From assembly GCA_043779265.1 (NCBI GenBank), contig JAYWEM010000128.1, positions 1 through 62,310 of the forward strand: a stretch of DNA of 62,310 bases. Reading direction: 5' to 3'. The DNA comes from a bacterium. Its GTDB lineage: Bacteria; Eisenbacteria; RBG-16-71-46. Position numbers and translations under genes: made by a program. The notes under the pieces are model-generated. The model did not search any database and was not told where the DNA came from. It saw nothing but the letters and a program-made list of their open reading frames with translations. Below, piece after piece: positions 56,430 to 62,310 of the stretch (its first letter is position 1; each line of letters opens with the position of its first letter).

Positions 56430-57437
56430 ATGCGCGCGATCGACCTTCAAGAGCCAGCTGTCGAGACGCGCGCCCTCAAGCGCGTGTTCAAGGCGCGCGG
56501 CGGCAAGGAGGTCGTGGCGCTCGATGGCGTCGATCTGACCATCGCCCGCGGCGAGGTGTTCGGTCTGCTCGGCCCCAACGGCGCGGGCAAGACCACCTGC
56601 ATCAAGATCCTCAACACGCTCCTCTTCCCCTCGAGCGGTGAGGCGCGCATCGCCGGACTCGACGTGGTCCGCGATGCGCAGGAGATCCGCCACCGCATCG
56701 GGCTGGTCTCGGGGGGCGAGAACTCGGGCTACGGCATCCTGTCGGTGCGCGAGTGCCTGTGGATGTTCTCGCAGTTCTACGGCGTGCCGAATTCGGTTGC
56801 CCGCGAGCGTATCGATCGCCTGCTCATCGCGGTCGACATGGTCGAACTGGCGGATGCGCGCATCAATCGGCTCTCCACCGGGCAGCGTCAGCGCATGAAC
56901 TTCGCGCGGGGATTCGTCTCGGATCCCGAGATCCTGTTCCTCGATGAGCCCACGCTCGGCATGGATGTGAACGCGGCTCGTCGGCTCCGCGACTGGGTCC
57001 TGGTCTGGGTGCGCGAGCGGCCCGAGCGCACGGTGCTCCTGACCACCCACTACATGGCCGAGGCCGACCAGATGTGCGATCGCGTCGCGATCATCGATCG
57101 CGGCGCCGTGCTCGCGTGCGACCGACCGGCCGAGCTGCGCCGCCGAGTCGAGGGCGGGCAGCACGTCGAGCTCGAGGTGAGGGTCCGCGAGGAGGCCTCG
57201 CTCCAGCTCGCCGAGCTGGCGGGGATCGTCCTGGTCTGGGGTGCGCCGCATCCCGAGCACGGCACGCACACGCTCAAGTTCCGCCTGCCCGATGGCTCCC
57301 GGCTCGGCGAGGTGCTGCGCGCGCTCGAGGAGCGTGGCCTCTCGGTGCAGGGGCTCTCGACACGCGAGACGAGCCTCGAGGACGCCTTCATCGCCATCGT
57401 CGGGCACGGTCTGGACGAGACCCCGGCGGCGCGATGA
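56430..57437 (+). CDS. ABC exporter ATP-binding protein
   Basis: GPNGAGKTT, LSTGQRQR, LFLDEPT, TTHYM. Confidence 0.92.
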   Translation: MRAIDLQEPAVETRALKRVFKARGGKEVVALDGVDLTIARGEVFGLLGPNGAGKTTCIKILNTLLFPSSGEARIAGLDVVRDAQEIRHRIGLVSGGENSGYGILSVRECLWMFSQFYGVPNSVARERIDRLLIAVDMVELADARINRLSTGQRQRMNFARGFVSDPEILFLDEPTLGMDVNAARRLRDWVLVWVRERPERTVLLTTHYMAEADQMCDRVAIIDRGAVLACDRPAELRRRVEGGQHVELEVRVREEASLQLAELAGIVLVWGAPHPEHGTHTLKFRLPDGSRLGEVLRALEERGLSVQGLSTRETSLEDAFIAIVGHGLDETPAAR

Positions 57438-58261
57438 GCCGAGTCATGGCGGGTGGTCCCGAGCTGTTCATGCGCGCGATGTGGGCACGCAGCTACGTGC
57501 GCCTGGTGGGATCGTTCCGGCAGCCGGAGTGGTTGCTGACCGACGCCGTGTTCCCGAATCTCGCGATGTGCGCCTTCGTGTTGCTCTATCGCGCGCTCGG
57601 CGCCCCGAAGAGCTACGAGGCGATGGCGGTCATCGGAGGGGTGCTCGTCACCTTCTGGTTCAACGTGCTGTGGGGGATGGGCGCACAGATGTTCTGGGAG
57701 AAGCAGCAGGGGCAGCTTCAGCTCTACTTCGCCGCGCCGTGCTCGCGCATGGCGATCCTGACGGGCATGGCCGTTGGCGGTCTCGTCACCTCGACGATCC
57801 GGGCGCTCGTGGGCGTGGCGATCGGCGTGTTCGTATTCCAAGTGCAGTTGGCCGAAGTGTCGTGGCCCATGTTCACCCTCGTGTTCCTGCTCACGATGAC
57901 GGCGCTCTACGCGCTCGGCATGACGCTCGCCAGCCTGTTCGTGCTCTACGGGCGAGAGGCCTGGCACTTGTGCAACGCGCTGGCCGAACCGGTCCAGTTC
58001 GCCTCGGGTCTCTATTTCCCGGTGCGCACGTTCGGCGCGATCGGTGCGACGCTCGCCTCGCTCCTGCCGCTCACGATGGGAGTCGATGCGCTGAGGCAGG
58101 TGCTGCTGCACGAGGCGGCGCAGGGACTGCTGCCGCTCTCGACCGAGATCGCCCTGCTCGCCGGGTTCACGGTGGTCTTCCTGTGGGCCGCACGCGGCGC
58201 GCTGTCGCATCTCGAGGTGCTCTCCAAGCGAGAGGGAAGGCTGACGCAGCGATGGCAGTGA
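57434..58261 (+). CDS. ABC-2 type permease
   Basis: WEKQQGQL, SGLYFPV, LPLTMGVDALR; about 6 TM segments; ATGA overlap. Confidence 0.85.
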   Translation: MSRVMAGGPELFMRAMWARSYVRLVGSFRQPEWLLTDAVFPNLAMCAFVLLYRALGAPKSYEAMAVIGGVLVTFWFNVLWGMGAQMFWEKQQGQLQLYFAAPCSRMAILTGMAVGGLVTSTIRALVGVAIGVFVFQVQLAEVSWPMFTLVFLLTMTALYALGMTLASLFVLYGREAWHLCNALAEPVQFASGLYFPVRTFGAIGATLASLLPLTMGVDALRQVLLHEAAQGLLPLSTEIALLAGFTVVFLWAARGALSHLEVLSKREGRLTQRWQ

Positions 58262-59101
58262 GCGCCACGATCCAGCGTCTGCGGACATCCGCCTGGCTCG
58301 GATGGCAGATCGAGGGCAACTGGGCCGACCCGACGATGTTCGCCATCTACGTGATCGCTCGCCCGTTGGCGACCGCGCTCATCCTGGTCGCCATGTACCG
58401 CGCTGTGGGCGGGGCCCGCATGGACGAGGCGCTATTCGCCGGCTTCTACCTCGCCAATGCCTTCCACAACTACGTCAACTTCGTCGTCGTGGGCATGGGC
58501 TGGGCGGTGTTCGAGGAGCGCGAGGAGTACGAGACGCTCAAGTACGTCTACGCGGCACCGATCGGGCTGTTCACCTACCTCGTGGGACGGTCCTCGGAGA
58601 AAGTTCACGCTCGCCACCGTCAGCATCGCTCTCATCCTGGCGCTCGGATGGCTCGGACTCGGAGTGCGCTTCGATCCCGCGGTCGTCCAATGGGGTCCAC
58701 TCGCGATCACGATCGTGCTGGGGCTCGTCGCGACGCTGTTCGTCGGCTTCTTGGTCGCGGGTCTCTGTCTGGTGCTGACCCGTGCCGCGATCACCGTGAT
58801 CGAGGGCCTGACCGTGGCGCTCTACCTGCTGGCCGGCGTGATCTTCCCGCTGGATCTGCTGCCGGGCGTGTTGCGCGCGGTGGCACTCTCGCTGCCGTTC
58901 ACGTGGTGGTATGAGGCCCTGCGCCGGTTCACGTTCGGGCGCGGCGCGAGTGCTCAGCTCGCGTCACTCTCGGACGGCCAGTTGCTCGCGGCGTTCGCCG
59001 CGATGACCGCTCTGACCGCCGTGTTGTGCTGGGTGGGATTCCGCGCTCTCGATCATCGCGCGCGGCGACTCGGACGGATCGACCAGACGACCCTGTTCTA
59101 G
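58252..59101 (+). pseudogene. ABC-2 type permease split by a +1 frameshift near 58600 (pseudogene or sequencing indel)
   Basis: MAVSATIQ...YLVGRSSEK in one frame continues as KFTLATVS...GVIFPLDLLP...DQTTLF in the next; span is 850 nt = 3n+1. Confidence 0.75.
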
Positions 59102-59206
59102 AGCCTGCCGAAGCCGCAATGCGCCGTCGTGCACCTCGCACGGCGGCGCTTCGTCGTTCGGCTCGACGCTCCCCGGGAACTCTCGGGTTCCGTGAGTCGC
59201 GGTCGA

Positions 59207-59222
59207 TGGCGCGACCGTTGCT
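59207..59222 (+). promoter_or_regulatory. Putative sigma54 (-24/-12) promoter
   Basis: TGGCGCGACCGTTGCT matches TGGCAC-N5-TTGCW with exact GG-N10-GC spacing, in a ~200-nt intergenic gap. Confidence 0.5.
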
Positions 59223-59302
59223 CAAGTCGATGGTGCACTCGGCCGAAACCCATGGTCGCTCATCACACGTGCTCACCCCGACCAACGACCCCGGGAGGAA
59301 TT

Positions 59303-59905
59303 TTGGTTCTCAGTCCCCTCATGGCAGCGGGCTTTCTGGCCGCCGCGAGCCTTGCTTCGCCCGCCGGCATGCCCCAGGCCCCGCCCAGCGCGCTCACCAA
59401 TGCTGTCGCCGTCACGCTGCACTCCCGCGCCGGGAACGCTGCGACCCCTATGCTCGAGAGGGGGCAGGAAGCCCCGGATTTCGTGTACCAGTCGCACGAT
59501 CACCTCTGGCAGAACCTCCATAACATGTTGGAGGAGAGTCACATCCTCCTCGTGTTCGGTGCCTCGCAGACCGACCTCGCGCAGATCGAGCGGGAGCGCG
59601 AGTCGCTCCGCAAGCTCGGGATCTCGCCGGTGGCGGTGGTCAACGAGCGCGACGGAGATGCCCGCAAGACGCTCCGCCAGCTGAATCTCGGCTTCAGTCT
59701 GCTGGCTGATCCCCGCGGCGCCATCGGCGAGCAGTACGGCGTCCGGGATGCCTCGGTGGCTCACGACCGCGCGATGTGGTTCGTGATCGACCAGGACGGG
59801 GAGATCCGCGATCGTGGTGAGGGACTGCATCCCAAGTCCGGCTGGCCGACATTGGCCATGCACGCCCTCGACCTGCCGCCCGCGGAGATCACGGCGACCG
59901 ACTGA
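59303..59905 (+). CDS. Exported redoxin/AhpC-TSA-like thioredoxin-fold protein lacking cysteines
   Basis: GQEAPDF, FSLLADPRGAIGEQYGV, FVIDQDGEIR; start uncertain (TTG 59303 or ATG 59321). Confidence 0.65.
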   Translation: MVLSPLMAAGFLAAASLASPAGMPQAPPSALTNAVAVTLHSRAGNAATPMLERGQEAPDFVYQSHDHLWQNLHNMLEESHILLVFGASQTDLAQIERERESLRKLGISPVAVVNERDGDARKTLRQLNLGFSLLADPRGAIGEQYGVRDASVAHDRAMWFVIDQDGEIRDRGEGLHPKSGWPTLAMHALDLPPAEITATD

Positions 59906-59923
59906 TTCTCCAACGCGGAACAT

Positions 59924-59958
59924 CGAGAGCCCCCGGCCGATCCGGCCGAGGGCTCTTG
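59924..59958. terminator. Hairpin between convergent genes (possible bidirectional terminator)
   Basis: CGAGAGCCCCCGGCCG-atc-CGGCCGAGGGCTCTTG. Confidence 0.55.
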
Positions 59959-59987
59959 TCATGCCCGCTTCACGGCACTCACGGGAC

Positions 59988-62231
59988 TCAGGCGGCGCGC
60001 TGCTCCACCGATGGGATGAGCCAGGTCGCCAGTGCTCCGTGGAGTCGCTCGCGCTGGATGGGCTTGGACACGAAGTCGTCCATGCCGGCGGCGAGGCAGT
60101 GCTCTCGATCGCCCTGCATGGCGTTCGCGGTCAGCGCGATGATGGGGACGTGGCCGCCTCTCGTGCTCTCAATCGCTCGGATCGCACGTGTGGCGCTGTA
60201 GCCGTCCAGCTCGGGCATCTGGCAGTCCATCAGGATCGCATCGAAGGAGCCCGAGTCGAACGCCTCGACGGCCTGCTTCCCATCGGCTGCGAGAGTCACG
60301 ACGCAGCCCAGTTTCTCGAGCATGCGTGTCGCGACCTTCTGGTTCGTCTTGTTGTCCTCGGCGAGCAGGATGCGGCTGCCCTCGAAGGCCAGATCCACGT
60401 CGCCTGTCGTGCCAGCCGTGGAGGGGTCGAGCATCTCGCGAGTCAGCAGGCCGCGCGGAGCGCCGCCCGAGCCTGCCAGTTGCTGCACGGCGGCCGCCAG
60501 TGTGCCGGTGCGGACCGGGCGTGTGAGCCACGATGAGAGTCCCGCCTCGACGAGATCGGCGATCGGATCCTCGGGCCGGGTGCGTCGGAGCGCTAGGACC
60601 TGCGGGCGCTGCACGCCCTCGGGCAAGAGTGCGCCGAGCAGCGCGGTGCCCTCGGCACCTTCGATGGGCTCGAGCAGGACGATGATGCGCACCGGGTCGT
60701 CTGCTTCCTCGGCGCCTCGCAGCCGCCGACGCGTGCCCTCGACTCCAGCCACTTCGTCCACTCGAGCGCCCCAACCCTCGAGCTGCTCGCGCAGCGCCTC
60801 GCGTGCCTCGGCGGGCTGTCCGGCGACCAGGATGCGAGTCCGCTTCAACTCGGCCGATGGCATCGGGAAGCCGGCCGCGGTCGGGTCGACGGGCAGGCGC
60901 AACGAGAACCAGAACGTGGACCCTTCGCCGTCTCGGCTCTCGAGCCCCATCGTGCCGCCCATCTGCTCGGCGAGCCGCCGGCAGATGACCAACCCGAGGC
61001 CGGTTCCGCCATGGCGACGCGAGAACGATCCGTCGACCTGGGAGAAGGGCTGGAACAGCAACGCCTGCTGATCCGCCGGGATCCCGATGCCAGTGTCCCG
61101 CACCGCGATTCTCACCTCGCTGTCCTCGAGTCCTGTCTGGCGGCCCACGATCTCGACGGTGACGCCGCCTCGCTCGGTGAACTTGACGGCATTGCCCACG
61201 AGGTTGAGCAGCACCTGGCGGACGCGGCCCGCATCGCCCATCAGGCGAACCGGCGTGTCCGGCCGGATCCTCAGCGTCAGATCGAGTGACCTCTCAGCGG
61301 CTTTGCCCTGCAGCAGGCCGAGGACCTCCTCAGCCACTTCGTGCAGGGAGAACGGCGCCTGTTCGAACACCATGCGGCCGGCCTCGATCTTGGAGACGTC
61401 GAGGATGTCGTTGAGGATCGTGAGCAGCGCCTCGGCCGAATGGGTGATCGTCTCCACGAACTCGCGCTGCACACCGTCGAGCGAAGTGTCGCGCAGCAAC
61501 GAGGCCATCCCGAGCACGCCGTTCATCGGGGTGCGGATCTCATGACTCATCGTTGCGAGGAACTCGCTCTTGGCCCGATTCGAGCTGTCCGCCTGTTCGC
61601 GCGCCCTCGCCATCTCCCGCTCGTCGAGTCGCACGGACGTCACATCCTCGATCACATAGGCGAAGCGAGCGTGCTCACCGTCCGAGGTCGGCAGCGCCGT
61701 GATCGTGGTGGCCAGCGTCCGCTCCACTCCGCCCCGCTCGATCAGGAGATCGAAGGAGACGGCCTTGCCCTGCCGCTGGCTCTGCGCCATGCGATGACGA
61801 AGCAGATCGAGCGCGTCGCTCGGCAGTCCCTCGGGGGCAGCGTCCGCAGAGGGGTCGCCATCGAACAGACGCTCGGCTTGGGCATTCCTCAGTCGGTGCA
61901 TCATGCGGTCGCCGTCGAGTTCGATCACGCCGCGCATCAGGTCGGAGTGGTCGAAGAAGCTCTGGAGCAGGGCATCGTGTTCGCTGCGCTCGCGGGAGAC
62001 CTGTTCGAGGCGCGCATCCGACCGGCGCGAGAGGAGCGTCGCGCACACCGGGACGGCGATCGCCGCACCGATGAGGAACGTGGCGAGCGGAAGCACGACG
62101 TCACTCAGCTCGCGGATCGGGACTGGGCCCGCGATCGACAGCACCACCGCCGCGCCGCCGAGCGCGCCGACCGAGCTGCACAGTGTGAGAATGAACCGGT
62201 TCGGGGTCATCGAGCGTCGTCTCTCGGTCAC
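59988..62231 (-). CDS. Hybrid sensor histidine kinase (2 TM, PAS-like, HisKA, HATPase, degenerate REC, REC)
   Basis: [57 protein letters not shown]; start may be 62210. Confidence 0.92.
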   Translation of the reverse strand: MTERRRSMTPNRFILTLCSSVGALGGAAVVLSIAGPVPIRELSDVVLPLATFLIGAAIAVPVCATLLSRRSDARLEQVSRERSEHDALLQSFFDHSDLMRGVIELDGDRMMHRLRNAQAERLFDGDPSADAAPEGLPSDALDLLRHRMAQSQRQGKAVSFDLLIERGGVERTLATTITALPTSDGEHARFAYVIEDVTSVRLDEREMARAREQADSSNRAKSEFLATMSHEIRTPMNGVLGMASLLRDTSLDGVQREFVETITHSAEALLTILNDILDVSKIEAGRMVFEQAPFSLHEVAEEVLGLLQGKAAERSLDLTLRIRPDTPVRLMGDAGRVRQVLLNLVGNAVKFTERGGVTVEIVGRQTGLEDSEVRIAVRDTGIGIPADQQALLFQPFSQVDGSFSRRHGGTGLGLVICRRLAEQMGGTMGLESRDGEGSTFWFSLRLPVDPTAAGFPMPSAELKRTRILVAGQPAEAREALREQLEGWGARVDEVAGVEGTRRRLRGAEEADDPVRIIVLLEPIEGAEGTALLGALLPEGVQRPQVLALRRTRPEDPIADLVEAGLSSWLTRPVRTGTLAAAVQQLAGSGGAPRGLLTREMLDPSTAGTTGDVDLAFEGSRILLAEDNKTNQKVATRMLEKLGCVVTLAADGKQAVEAFDSGSFDAILMDCQMPELDGYSATRAIRAIESTRGGHVPIIALTANAMQGDREHCLAAGMDDFVSKPIQRERLHGALATWLIPSVEQRAA

Positions 62232-62310
62232 GGGTCATGATCTCGGGCTTCGGGGGCCGGACGGCAAGCCTGTCTCGGAACCTCGGCGCAACACGGGCCT
62301 CATGGGGAGG

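Noticed and set aside
1-62310. CRISPR arrays, tRNA (including tRNA-Sec), rRNA, transposases/integrases, sel genes
   Set aside because: No regularly spaced repeats, cloverleaf/T-loop signatures or recognisable mobile-element or selABD proteins were seen by eye. tRNAscan-SE/Infernal was not run.

Overview
A 62.3 kb, very GC-rich (about 70% by eye) chromosomal segment of a diderm bacterium. Gene content (LptD, PorX-like regulator next to tsaE, a C-terminal SWGxLKxxYR-tailed secreted protein) suggests an FCB-related candidate lineage such as Ca. Eisenbacteria; this is inference, not a taxonomic assignment. About 50 genes are supported. They include tRNA modification (tsaE, tsaB-rimI fusion, cysteine desulfurase, mnmA), accD-folC-lptD, a heavy-metal cluster (Cu-type P1B ATPase, TolC/MFP/RND efflux, cupredoxin), many peptidases, a transsulfuration pair, a two-subunit oxoprolinase/hydantoinase, an ABC exporter with one frameshifted permease, and a hybrid histidine kinase. 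No rRNA, tRNA, CRISPR array or mobile element was seen. The strongest find is missed by the ORF track: an exported 477-aa candidate selenoprotein (27356..28789). It has an in-frame TGA in a P-C-G-U motif followed by a SECIS-like hairpin, a 5'-nucleotidase-like fold that has lost its metal ligands, and a four-CxxCH cytochrome domain. It sits directly upstream of cystathionine beta-synthase and gamma-lyase. Other highlights are a Cys-rich exported leader ending in RGPP (possible metal-sensing ribosome-arrest peptide) in front of the efflux operon, an identical GCAAC-N17-CGTA ECF-type promoter before both DUF4097 genes, a heme-bearing beta-barrel, and a structured ~190-nt leader.
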